From contig OZ245002.1 of the NCBI GenBank assembly GCA_965223415.1, positions 5,408,001-5,472,000 on the forward strand: a DNA stretch of 64,000 nucleotides, read 5' to 3'. Positions within the stretch are counted from its first letter, which is position 1; every line of letters starts with the position of its first letter. Both the position numbers and the translations under genes were made by a program. Below the pieces are notes generated by a model that was given only the letters and a program-made list of their open reading frames with translations, ran no database searches and was not told the DNA's origin. Shown in pieces: positions 9,011-18,053 of the stretch. Source of the DNA: Myxococcota bacterium. GTDB lineage: Bacteria > Myxococcota_A > UBA9160 > UBA6930.

Positions 9011-9110
9011 GGGCACAAAATGGTCACACCGGAAATGCTCCGGCGAGTCAATTCTCATGCGGCGACCCATCTGATTTTCCTATTCGAATGGTCATGATAT
9101 ATTGAAGTTC

Positions 9111-10265
9111 ATGTTCGCACGGTACCTGCATCTGCCTCGGCCAGGGACGGAGTCCTTCTTTCTCTGGGGGCCTCGTCAGACGGGCAAGAGCACGCTGCTC
9201 CGGCAGTCCTACCCGGACGGTCGCTGGATCGACCTGCTCAAGGCCGAGGAGTTTCGACGCTATCTGGCTCGCCCCGAGTTGCTGCGGCAGGAGATCGAGG
9301 CCGAGTGGCCGACAGAGAATCGGCAAGTCGTGATCGACGAGATTCAGAAGGTGCCCGCTCTGCTCGACGAGGTTCACTGGCTCATCGAGAATCGCGGCCT
9401 GCACTTCGCGCTATGCGGTTCCAGCGCCCGCAAGGTCAAACGGGGTGCGGCCAACCTCCTGGGTGGGAGAGCTCTACGGTTCGAGCTTCACGGTCTCACC
9501 GCAGGCGAGCTCGGTCGCGAGTTCGACCTCGACCGGATGCTCAACCACGGCTACCTGCCCCGGATCTACGAGGCGAGTCGCCCGCGCCGGCTGTTGAACG
9601 CGTATGTGGCCGACTACCTCAAGGAGGAGGTCGCGGCCGAAGGCCTGGTGAGAAACCTCCCAATCTTCTCTGAGTTTCTCGATGTCGCCTCCCTCAGCGA
9701 CGGTGAGATCGTGAACTTCTCGAACATCGCGCGTGAGTGCGGAGTCTCGAGTCACACGACGAAGAGTCACTTCCAGATCTTGGAAGACACACTGCTCGGG
9801 CGTTGGCTGCCGGCCTATCGGAAGCGACCGAAGCGGAGGGTGATCCGCGCGCCGAAGTTCTACTTCGTCGATGTCGGCGTCGTGAACCGGCTGGCCAAGC
9901 GGGGGGAGCTGTCTCCCGGCTCCGAGCTCTACGGCAAGGCCTTCGAGAACTGGGTCTTCCACGAGCTGTCGGCCTTCGCGAGCTATCGGGAGTTCGACGG
10001 CGGTCTGTCCTACTGGCGGTTGGCCAGTGGTATCGAGGTCGACTTCATCCTCGGAGACATGGAGATCGCCATCGAGGCGAAGTCCAGTGCCAGGGTCACA
10101 CGCGATCACTTGAAGGGGCTGCGGAGCCTCGTGGAGGACCATCCCGACGTGGGGCGGCGGATCGTGGTTTGCCGGGAGTCACGGGCGCGCAAGACCGAGG
10201 ACGGAATCGAGATCCTTCCCGCATCATCCTTCGTTCGCCGGCTCTGGGCGGGCGACCTCGCATGA
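9111..10265 (+). CDS. AAA+ ATPase with DUF4143-type C-terminal domain
   Basis: GPRQTGKS, VIDEIQK, PKFYFVDVG, AFENWV, EVDFI..IEAK. Confidence 0.88.
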   Translation: MFARYLHLPRPGTESFFLWGPRQTGKSTLLRQSYPDGRWIDLLKAEEFRRYLARPELLRQEIEAEWPTENRQVVIDEIQKVPALLDEVHWLIENRGLHFALCGSSARKVKRGAANLLGGRALRFELHGLTAGELGREFDLDRMLNHGYLPRIYEASRPRRLLNAYVADYLKEEVAAEGLVRNLPIFSEFLDVASLSDGEIVNFSNIARECGVSSHTTKSHFQILEDTLLGRWLPAYRKRPKRRVIRAPKFYFVDVGVVNRLAKRGELSPGSELYGKAFENWVFHELSAFASYREFDGGLSYWRLASGIEVDFILGDMEIAIEAKSSARVTRDHLKGLRSLVEDHPDVGRRIVVCRESRARKTEDGIEILPASSFVRRLWAGDLA

Positions 10266-10368
10266 GTTCGGAATCTCGAGGTCCGCGTATGGGCGTTATG
10301 TCAAACCCCTACGGGGAGCCCCGCAGCGGACTTCTCGCGGAAATTCGCCCTCGCCGAGGGTGACTTCC

Positions 10369-10708
10369 TCAAGGGCTTGATGAAGAACTTCCGGACGAGC
10401 TGGCCGACATTTCGACCAGAACGTCGTAGTGGGCGTAGTTCTCCGACGTGGCGCTAACCAGGTCATGCGTCAGGATGTAGGGATCCCCCTCGATAAAGTG
10501 CTCCGTCCAGTGGCCCTCGCTGACGAGGACGCAGCCGGGTCGGATCGCATCGTCGAGTCGACATTCGATCTTCATCTGGCCCCGGTCGTTGAAGACGCTC
10601 ACGATGTCTCCATCTGCCACGTCTCTCGCCCGCGCGTCCGCGGGATGGACGCGCACGATCGGGTTCGGCTCCCGCGCATTCGGCATATCCAGATTCGCGA
10701 AGGTCGTG
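10369..10708 (-). pseudogene. C-terminal fragment of a molybdopterin oxidoreductase
   Basis: VHPADARARDVADGDIVSVFNDRG..IRPGCV; 5' part replaced by IS481 sequence. Confidence 0.8.
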
Positions 10709-11336
10709 GGACTTCGGGCTGCCGACGGCGATCCGCACCGACAACGGGGTTCCCTTCGCGTCGCCCAACGCACTCTTCGGTCTCTCGAGCTCTCGATCTG
10801 GTGGCTCAAGCTCGGCATCCAGATCCAGCGCATCAAGCCGGGCTGCCCCCAGCAGAACGGACGGCACGAACGCATGCATCTCACGCTCAAGAAAGAAGCC
10901 ACCAAGCCCGCGTCGTTCAACTTCCTGCAGCAGCAGGAGCGCTTCGACCGGTTCACAGGCGTTTACAATCACGAGCGACCGCACCAGGCCCTGGACGGGG
11001 CGTACCCCGGCGACGTCTATACACCTTCGCCGCGCGCCTACGAGCCGCCCGGGGAGCCCGAGTACCCGTTCCACGACCGATCCGTCCGGGTCACCCAGTG
11101 CGGTCGGATCTGCCTCGGACGCCGCAAGATCAATCTCAGCACCGTCTTCGCGGGCCAGACCGTGGGCCTCCGCGAGGTCGACGACCAGGTCTGGCTCGTC
11201 AGCTTCCTGGACTTCGATCTGGGCTTCTTCGACCAGGACGAGGGCCGGATCGAGCCCGCCCCGAACCCCTTCGGGCCCCAGAAAGTGTCAACCATGTCCC
11301 CGGAATGATCTGTAAACCATGTGCCCGGAATGGACC
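10709..11336 (+). mobile_element. IS481-family 3' fragment with right end
   Basis: IRTDNG, PQQNGRHERMHLTLK, YNHERPHQAL; repeated TGTMAACCATGT ends; 1-nt frameshift near 10788. Confidence 0.85.
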
Positions 11337-11346
11337 GCGGAATCTT

Positions 11347-11424
11347 TGGCACGCCGGGAGGGATTCGAACCCCCGACCCCCAGGTTCGAAGCCCGATGCT
11401 CGATGTCGAACCACCGGACAACGC
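11347..11424 (-). repeat. tRNA-Arg(TCG)-like element with intact 3' half and aberrant 5' half
   Basis: Loop CTTCGAA, T arm GGGGG-TTCGAAT-CCCTC, CCA end; 6-nt D loop, 4-nt insertion in the acceptor strand. Confidence 0.8.
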
Positions 11425-11555
11425 AGTTCGAAGAGCCGCGCGCTTCCGGGCGTCGGGGATCCGAGATCTGGCGCTCCGCGCAACAACCAAGGGCAACCAT
11501 AGCGCCGAACCAAGCACCGCCAGAACGCGAATTACTCAGCGAATCCAGCGGGTTA
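11425..11555. repeat. Conserved Arg-Asp spacer
   Basis: Homologous to 41883-42013 and 48571-48701; AACCA(A/T) x3. Confidence 0.85.
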
Positions 11556-11652
11556 TGGCGGGGCGGACGGGACTCGAACCTACAACCTCCGGCTGTAACC
11601 CCGCGGAAACGCGGGGGTTCGAAGAGGTGAAGCTTGTATCCCGTTGTATCCC
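11556..11652 (-). repeat. tRNA-Asp att-like module (97 bp)
   Basis: 25-nt tRNA 3' identity plus TTGTATCCC x2. Confidence 0.92.
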
Positions 11653-11692
11653 GCTGCGGGCAGCCGAGGGCTCCGACGCCCATGGATCGGTT

Positions 11693-11708
11693 GTAGCTTT
11701 AAAGCTAC
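11693..11708. promoter_or_regulatory. Probable TA operator
   Basis: Perfect palindrome GTAGCTTTAAAGCTAC, repeated at 26858-26873. Confidence 0.7.
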
Positions 11709-12061
11709 CCTAGCTCGGTGCCGACGGAGGTCGAGGTCAGAATCTACGCCCTACCGGACGGCAGCGAGCCCTACACGCGGTGGGAGGCGGCACTCAGGGA
11801 CAGACAGGCGCGCGCACGGATCCGGGCGCGGATCGGACGGCTTCGGCTGGGCAACTTCGGCGACGCCAAGCGCGTCGGTGAGGTGTTCGAGCTTCGGGTG
11901 CCCGCCGGGCCCGGCTACCGCATCTACTACGGGCGGGACGGCGACGCCGTGGTGGTCCTGCTCTGCGGCGGAGACAAGTGTCGCAGGACGTGATATTCGA
12001 GGGCTAAGAGGACACGTAGATTTGCGCACCTCCTGTTGAGCCGCTGCGCGGCACGTTCCCC

Positions 12062-13348
12062 GTGAGGGAGGGGGGCGTGGGGCAGCGGCGACTGAGGCAG
12101 GAGGAAGTGATGACGATCGAAGTGCTGCACGAGCGGGGGTGCTCGAACCGGGAGATCGCCCGCCAGCTGGGGATCCGGGAGAGCGCGGTGCGCTACCGGC
12201 TGAAGCGGCTGGCGGAGGGGGCGCGAGACGGCCGGAGCGGGAAGCCCTTCCTGGCCGAGGCGGTCCACGAGGTGATCGCGGAGTGGCTGGAGGCGAGCTC
12301 GGGAGGCCGTGGCGTGAACCTGCAGGAGCTTCACGAGTTCCTGGTGGAGGAGCACGGGTACACGGGGAGCTCCAAGAGCGTGCAGCGGTACGTGCGGGCC
12401 CGGTTCCCGAGACCGAAGGTGCGGAGCCGGCGTCGGGTGGAGACACCGCCCGGGGCGCAGGGTCAGGTGGACTGGGGCGAGTTTCCGGGCGTGCGGATCG
12501 GGGGCCAGGAGGTGGACCTGCATGCCTTCCACCTGGTGCTCTCGCACTCGCGGCGAGAAGCGGTGGTGTGGTCGGAGCGGGCGGACACGCTGGCGTGGCT
12601 GGACGTGCACAACCGGGCCTTCGAGCGGCTGGGCGGGGTGCCGGCGGTGCTGCGGGTCGACAACGTGAAGACAGCGGTGGCGAAGGGGGCGGGGCCATGG
12701 GGGACGGTGAACCCGGCTTACGCGAGCTATGCCGGGGCCCTTCGCTTCCACGTGGACGCCACCCGTCCCCGCCAGCCGCAGGAGAAGGGGAAGGTGGAGC
12801 GTCGGATCCTGGGGCACCGGCGGGGCTTCGATCCGCGTCGGCGGGAGCACGAGAGCCTGGAGTCGCTGCAAGCGTGGACGGACGGCCAGGTGGCGCGCTC
12901 GAGCCACCGGCGGCAGTGCCCGGCGACGGGCACGACGGTCTTCCAGGCGTGGGAGGCGGAGAAGCCCCATCTCGGGGCCCTGCCCGAGCGGCTTCCCGAG
13001 CCCTTCGACCTGGCCGTGATGCGACGTGTCGGGCGCGACGCCACGGTGCGCTTCGAGGGGCGTACCTACAGCGTCCCCTTCCGCTTCGTCGAGCAGAGCG
13101 TCGAGGTGCGCGGCTGCGCCCGGCAGGTGCAGGTCTGGGCCGAGGGCTCGGTGGTGGCCGCGCACCCGCGCCACACGCGAAGCCGCCTGCTGCTGGACCC
13201 GAGCCACTACGAGGGGCCGAGCACGGAGGGGGTGGAGGCGCCCGTACCGCTCGGGCGCATGGGTCGACGCCTCCAGGAGCTGTGGGCGATGGAGCCGGAG
13301 CAGCGGCCGATCGACCTCTATGCCGATCTGGCGGAGGTGGCGCGATGA
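12062..13348 (+). CDS. istA: IS21 transposase
   Basis: PGAQGQVDWG, RVDNVK, KGKVER; start uncertain. Confidence 0.92.
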   Translation: MREGGVGQRRLRQEEVMTIEVLHERGCSNREIARQLGIRESAVRYRLKRLAEGARDGRSGKPFLAEAVHEVIAEWLEASSGGRGVNLQELHEFLVEEHGYTGSSKSVQRYVRARFPRPKVRSRRRVETPPGAQGQVDWGEFPGVRIGGQEVDLHAFHLVLSHSRREAVVWSERADTLAWLDVHNRAFERLGGVPAVLRVDNVKTAVAKGAGPWGTVNPAYASYAGALRFHVDATRPRQPQEKGKVERRILGHRRGFDPRRREHESLESLQAWTDGQVARSSHRRQCPATGTTVFQAWEAEKPHLGALPERLPEPFDLAVMRRVGRDATVRFEGRTYSVPFRFVEQSVEVRGCARQVQVWAEGSVVAAHPRHTRSRLLLDPSHYEGPSTEGVEAPVPLGRMGRRLQELWAMEPEQRPIDLYADLAEVAR

Positions 13349-14145
13349 CGGCGGGAAACCCGGTGCCCAAGAAGGGCGGCAAGGTGGATCTCGACCCGAC
13401 CCGCGAGCGGCTCGTGCGCCTCGGCCTCCATCACGCGGCCGAGCACATCGGCGAGGAGCTGGCCCGAGCGACCAAGGACGACCTCGTGCCCCACCGCTTC
13501 CTCGACCTGCTGCTCGAGGCCGAGCTGCAGCACCGCGAGGAGCGGAGGATGAAGACCTCGCTCCGTCTCTCGGGCCTTCCCACGGGGCAGACCCTCGGCA
13601 ACTTCGACTTCGCCTTCCAGCCGAGTGTGGAGCGGAGCCGGATCGAGACGCTGGGCACCTGCGCGTGGATCCGGGCCAAGGAGAGTCTGCTGATCCAGGG
13701 TCCGCCGGGAGTGGGCAAGACCCACCTGGCGGTGGCCCTGGGGGTGCGGGCCGTGGAGAACGGCTTCTCCGTGGCCTTCCATCGCCTCGAGGACCTGCTG
13801 GCGGCCCTCAAGCGCGACGCCGAGATCAGCCCGCAACGGCTGCGGCGGCGCAAGCACATGAACGTGGCGCTCCTCGTCATCGACGAGGTCGGCTTCGAGC
13901 CCATGACGCGCCAGGAGGCGAGCCTCTTCTTCCGGCTCGTCTCCTACCGCTATGGGAGGGGCTCGATCCTGATCACCACGAACAAGGGCATCGCCGACTG
14001 GCCCGAGGTGCTGGCGGGCGACGAGGTGCTGGCCACCGCCATCCTCGATCGCCTCCTCCACCACAGCCAGGTGCTCAACATCTCGGGGCGGAGCTACCGG
14101 CTCCGCGAGCTCGAGCAGGCCGCGGGGCAAAGCGCCCAGCGTTGA
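13345..14145 (+). CDS. istB: IS21 helper ATPase
   Basis: GPPGVGKT, VIDEVG, LDRLLHH. Confidence 0.93.
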   Translation: MTAGNPVPKKGGKVDLDPTRERLVRLGLHHAAEHIGEELARATKDDLVPHRFLDLLLEAELQHREERRMKTSLRLSGLPTGQTLGNFDFAFQPSVERSRIETLGTCAWIRAKESLLIQGPPGVGKTHLAVALGVRAVENGFSVAFHRLEDLLAALKRDAEISPQRLRRRKHMNVALLVIDEVGFEPMTRQEASLFFRLVSYRYGRGSILITTNKGIADWPEVLAGDEVLATAILDRLLHHSQVLNISGRSYRLRELEQAAGQSAQR

Positions 14146-14349
14146 GGCCCCAGAGGGCGGCCTGACGGCCGTGCTCTCCTTCGGAGAGCGGAAGAGAAGA
14201 AGGAAGAACCGAACATCAACCCAGGGGGGTGCGCAAAACTAGCCGTCCTCTTAGCGCGCAAGAGATGACGTCCCTCGACAACAAGGGATCACAGGCGAGA
14301 GACATCGAGCGCGCCGAAGGGTATTGGCGCGACTACCGGAGTCGAAACG

Positions 14350-14652
14350 ATGGCAAGAGCTAGAGACTACCGAGAGCACCTGGACGAGGTGCTGAAGGAC
14401 CACGCGGAGGCGGTGGCCTACCTGAACGCCGCTCTAGCAGAGGACGACCCGGAAGTGTTCCTCCTCGCGCTCCGCGACGTGGCCCGCACTCGGGAGGGTG
14501 GACTCGCAGGCCTGGCCGAGGCCGCGCAGCTCAACCGCGAGCACCTCTACCGGATGCTCTCCGAGAACGGCAACCCGGAGCTCCGCAGCCTGGAGGCACT
14601 CCTCGACGCGCTGGGCTTCCGCCTGAGCGTCGAGCTGAAGGCAACGGGCTGA
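14350..14652 (+). CDS. Addiction-module antidote (HTH antitoxin)
   Basis: YLNAAL..FLLALRDVAR..LNREHLYRMLSENGNP. Confidence 0.88.
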   Translation: MARARDYREHLDEVLKDHAEAVAYLNAALAEDDPEVFLLALRDVARTREGGLAGLAEAAQLNREHLYRMLSENGNPELRSLEALLDALGFRLSVELKATG

Positions 14653-14702
14653 AGCAAGCCGGGAACGCCGCGACCCTTCAGCCGAAGGCCAACGGCTGGT
14701 CG

Positions 14703-14796
14703 CCGACCCCCAGGTTCGAAGCCTGGTCCACGAAGAAGAAGTGACGCGGGGTTACGTCTCGTTGCAGTGCAGGGGGGTGCAATAGGGTGCAGGGAG
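14703..14796 (-). repeat. tRNA-Arg anticodon-arm fragment plus GTGCA x3 at 10-bp period
   Basis: CCGACCCCCAGGTTCGAAGCCTGGT (14703-14727); GTGCA at 14767, 14777, 14787. Confidence 0.85.
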
Positions 14797-14975
14797 GGGT
14801 CGTTTCGACGGCACCAGATCCGCAGACGGCACTATGCGGCGCCTCTCGAGAGACTCTCTCGGTCCGTGATCACACGTGAAGGCATCAACAACAAGGGGTC
14901 GCATAGCAGAGCAATCCTCGGGTGAGCGACAACCCCGTCGATCGACCGGCGCTCCTGGTGGGCCCGTGGCGGGCT

Positions 14976-15590
14976 TCAAGGGCTGGGAAAGAGCATCCTG
15001 AGCGTCGACCTGACGAAGCGCCTGATCTCCCGTCGCTGACGCCCGGCTAGCTGTAGCCGGACCATCATCTCGCCCGCGCCCAGCACCAGGTGCGCAACGT
15101 CGTCGGGATGCAGCTCGAGTCCCGCCCGCTCGCCCTTTGGCGTGGACCGCACCGCGGACGCCATGATCTCGGTCAAGCGGGACTGCGCCTCGAGGAATCG
15201 CGGCCCCAGCTCGCCTCGCATGGCCGAGGCCCAATCGAACCAGACGCGCGCTTGATCCGGGTCGCTCTCGGCTGACGCCGCGATCGCTTCGAATACGGTC
15301 GCGTATCGCTCCGGGAGCGACGTGTCGGTCTCGAAGGCGGTCTTCGTGATGGCCAGGAAATGTCGCCCGACTTCGTCGAGGACTGCATCGATGAGGGCAT
15401 CCCGATTCGGGAAATAGGCGTAGACGGTCGCCTCGGACACACGCGCCTCCTCCGCCACGTCGACCGGGCGCGCACCTGAAAGCCCGCAGCGGGCCACCAC
15501 GTGGATCCCTGCCGCGACAAGCGATGCGCGGCGCGCTTTGGGCGACAGGCGGGGAGCACGCGGGCGCCGGGCGGCGGTAGGAGAAGACAT
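14976..15590 (-). CDS. TetR/AcrR regulator
   Basis: DVAEEARVSEATVYAYFPNRDAL; imperfect inverted repeat ATTGACG..CGTCAAT at 15601-15650. Confidence 0.88.
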   Translation of the reverse strand: MSSPTAARRPRAPRLSPKARRASLVAAGIHVVARCGLSGARPVDVAEEARVSEATVYAYFPNRDALIDAVLDEVGRHFLAITKTAFETDTSLPERYATVFEAIAASAESDPDQARVWFDWASAMRGELGPRFLEAQSRLTEIMASAVRSTPKGERAGLELHPDDVAHLVLGAGEMMVRLQLAGRQRREIRRFVRSTLRMLFPSP

Positions 15591-15694
15591 CGAGCCCTCT
15601 ATTGACGTTTGACTCAGTATAATGTTGACTCTAGTGAGCGAATCGTCAATGCCAATCGTCACTCCGAGCAACGCGCGCCGCGAGGTAGCCAACC

Positions 15695-16528
15695 ATGACC
15701 GAGCAGATTGAGCCCGGGGCCTCCGCATCGACGCCCGAGAGCGGCCACGAACCCATCCGGCTTCTCACCTACGCCAACAGCCCTTTCGGTGCGAAGGTCT
15801 ATTGGGCGTTGCAGTACAAGCGTCTCGACTTCGAACTCGTCAACGTCAACCCGTTGGTCCGAGGAGAGATCCGCTTCACGAATCAACGATTGGTCCCGGT
15901 CCTGACCGTCGGCGAGCAATGGGTGCAGGACTCTTCGGAGAACTGCGTGCGGTTGGATGAAGTCCATCCCGAGCGCCTGATCGCCGGGGCGACGCAAGCG
16001 GAGCGCGAGGCGGTCCTGGAAGCCGACCGATGGGTGACCGACAACGTCGTTGCGTTGCACTTCCTTGCCTGTATCGACAAGAGAGAGGGCGCAGCAACCG
16101 TCCGGAACGCGCGAAGAATGGCGACTGTCATCCTCGGGACGACGCACAATATGCCGTCCTTCTTGAAAAAGGCCGTTATGCCGGTGTGGCACCTCATCTT
16201 GCGAAACACGGGATTCGTCAAGCGTGCCGCTCACCAGCTCGACACCGCCAAGGAGATCGAATCGCTCCACGGGGAAGTGCTGAAGGGGTTCGAGGACCGC
16301 ATTGCCAAGACGGGCTTCCTCGCTGGGACGGAGGGCCCCTCGTTCGCAGATATCGGCGCATTCGCGGAAATCGCGTTCTGCACGACGCATGAGTTCGAGG
16401 GCACGCTCAACACGTCGTCATCAGAGCTGATCCAGGCGTGGTACGACCGCATGAGGAAGTGCTTTCCCGACAATCCGACGCCCGCCCTGTTCCCGACGTG
16501 GCCGCCCGTCGGATTCGCGGCCGCCTAG
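15695..16528 (+). CDS. Glutathione S-transferase-like protein
   Basis: SPFGAKV, LVPVL, QDSS, FLAG..PSFADI. Confidence 0.8.
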   Translation: MTEQIEPGASASTPESGHEPIRLLTYANSPFGAKVYWALQYKRLDFELVNVNPLVRGEIRFTNQRLVPVLTVGEQWVQDSSENCVRLDEVHPERLIAGATQAEREAVLEADRWVTDNVVALHFLACIDKREGAATVRNARRMATVILGTTHNMPSFLKKAVMPVWHLILRNTGFVKRAAHQLDTAKEIESLHGEVLKGFEDRIAKTGFLAGTEGPSFADIGAFAEIAFCTTHEFEGTLNTSSSELIQAWYDRMRKCFPDNPTPALFPTWPPVGFAAA

Positions 16529-17798
16529 CAGGCTGCTGAAATTCGGCGCTGAGAGGCGCCAGAACGCCAGAGGGCGCGGGTCCCCGCGGCCCGCTCGGCT
16601 CGCTCTTCGATCCCGGAAGCGATCCGGGGTACCTCGTCTCGATGCAGGTGCGTCATGTGACCTCTACGAGGTTGCGTATGCGGACCAGGTTGTAGACCGC
16701 CGCCGTGAAGACGAACATCCACCCGACCCGATCCGTGCCCCGGTGACGCGTCTTTCGCATTCCCCCGACCGTCTTCATCCAACCGAAGCACTCCTCGATC
16801 CGCTTGCGTTTGTGCTGGCTGATCGCGTAGCCCTCGTGACGGACCGTGCGACCGTCGATCCGGCTGGCCCGATTCGTCGTGTGCTGCGCCACGTGCGGCG
16901 TGATGTTGCGCTTCCGGCAGCCCGCCACGAACTCCTCGGTGTCGTAGCCCTTGTCCCCGCCCAGCGTGATCCGGCGCCTTCCCGCCACGTCCTCCGCCAT
17001 CTCCAGCGCTGCCAGCCGCTCGGCGTAGCCATCGGCCTCCGTCAGCAGCGCCGAGACGATCAGGCCGTTGCGGTTCTCCGTCAGCAGATGGCCCATGTAG
17101 GCCAGCTGCGAGGTCTGGCCCTTCTTGCGCGCCAGCCGCGCCTCGGGATCCGTCGTCGATTCGTGCGTCGCGTTGCTCCGCCGCTCTCCCCGAAAGTTCA
17201 CCGTCGGGTTGCCCGGATCGTCGTCTCCGTCGTCCCCCGAGCCGTCCTTCGCCCGGAAGCTCTTCTGGCTCGCCCACGCCTCGATCAGCGTGCCATCCAC
17301 CGTGAAGTGCTCCGACGACAGAAGGCCGTGGTCCTTTCCCTGCGCCAGCACCGCCTCAAAGAACGCCTCCGCCACGTCCCCTTCCAGCAGCCGGTCCCGG
17401 TTCTTCGTGAAGACCGTCGGGACCCAGACCGCATCCTCCATCCCCAGCCCTACGAACCAACGGAACAGCAGGTTGTACTCGAGCTGCTCCATCAGCTGGC
17501 GCTCACTCCGGATCGAGTAGAGCACCTGCAGCAACAGAGCCCGCAGCAGCCGCTCCGGTGGGATCGACGGCCGGCCCGTCGACGCGTAGAGCTCCGAGAA
17601 CCGCCGAGACAGGCCCCTCAGCGCCTCGTCCACCATCGCCCGCATGGGGCGAAGCGGATGATCCTCCGGAATCCGCGTCTCCAGCGAGACGTAGCTGAAC
17701 ATCGAACCCTGCTCTCGGTCGCTGCCGCGCATCCTCTCTCCCCCCGACCCATCTTCTACCATCGAGAACACGGAAACGCAGGGTTTTTCAGCAGCCTG
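16529..17798 (-). mobile_element. IS5-family element
   Basis: 13-bp IR CAGGCTGCTGAAA; CTAG duplication (16525-16528, 17799-17802). Confidence 0.92.
16653..17732 (-). CDS. IS5-family transposase
   Basis: GRPSIPPERLLRALLLQ, VDGT, GDKGYD, RKRIEECFG. Confidence 0.92.
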   Translation of the reverse strand: MRGSDREQGSMFSYVSLETRIPEDHPLRPMRAMVDEALRGLSRRFSELYASTGRPSIPPERLLRALLLQVLYSIRSERQLMEQLEYNLLFRWFVGLGMEDAVWVPTVFTKNRDRLLEGDVAEAFFEAVLAQGKDHGLLSSEHFTVDGTLIEAWASQKSFRAKDGSGDDGDDDPGNPTVNFRGERRSNATHESTTDPEARLARKKGQTSQLAYMGHLLTENRNGLIVSALLTEADGYAERLAALEMAEDVAGRRRITLGGDKGYDTEEFVAGCRKRNITPHVAQHTTNRASRIDGRTVRHEGYAISQHKRKRIEECFGWMKTVGGMRKTRHRGTDRVGWMFVFTAAVYNLVRIRNLVEVT

Positions 17799-18053
17799 CT
17801 AGGCGATACCAGGGTACGGTCCGGCCACATCCTTTACAGGAGTCCAGGGACATCGTTTACACCCGGGGGATGCCCTGGATGGAAACGGATGTCATTTCTC
17901 ACGGGCATGACTCACCTTTTCTCACGGGCATGACCCAGGCCTGACCGCGGTTTTCTCACGAGCATGACCCACCCCAGATGGGGGGGGCTCAGGAGGAGGC
18001 CGGTCCCGTGGCCGACCCAGGCCATTCTGCGGCGCCAGAGGAGGCGCAGGCAG

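Larger units (their letters stand above)
11979..14280 (+). mobile_element. IS21-family element B, copy 1 (2302 bp)
   Basis: TGTCG...CGACA ends; 5-bp duplication ACAAG (11974-11978, 14281-14285). Confidence 0.95.
11718..14363 (+). pseudogene. RelE/HigB-family toxin interrupted by IS21
   Basis: 11718-11978 plus 14286-14363 rebuild a near copy of 26883-27221. Confidence 0.9.

Noticed and set aside
11347..11424. Functional tRNA-Arg genes (also 41805-41882)
   Set aside because: Acceptor stem interrupted and D loop lacks the conserved GG; reported as tRNA-like repeats
11597..11619. GAAA-loop hairpin in the Asp module as a terminator
   Set aside because: No U-tract and pairing not kept in the 26721 copy
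15602..15623. TTGACG/TATAAT sigma70 promoter
   Set aside because: Only 10 bp between the hexamers
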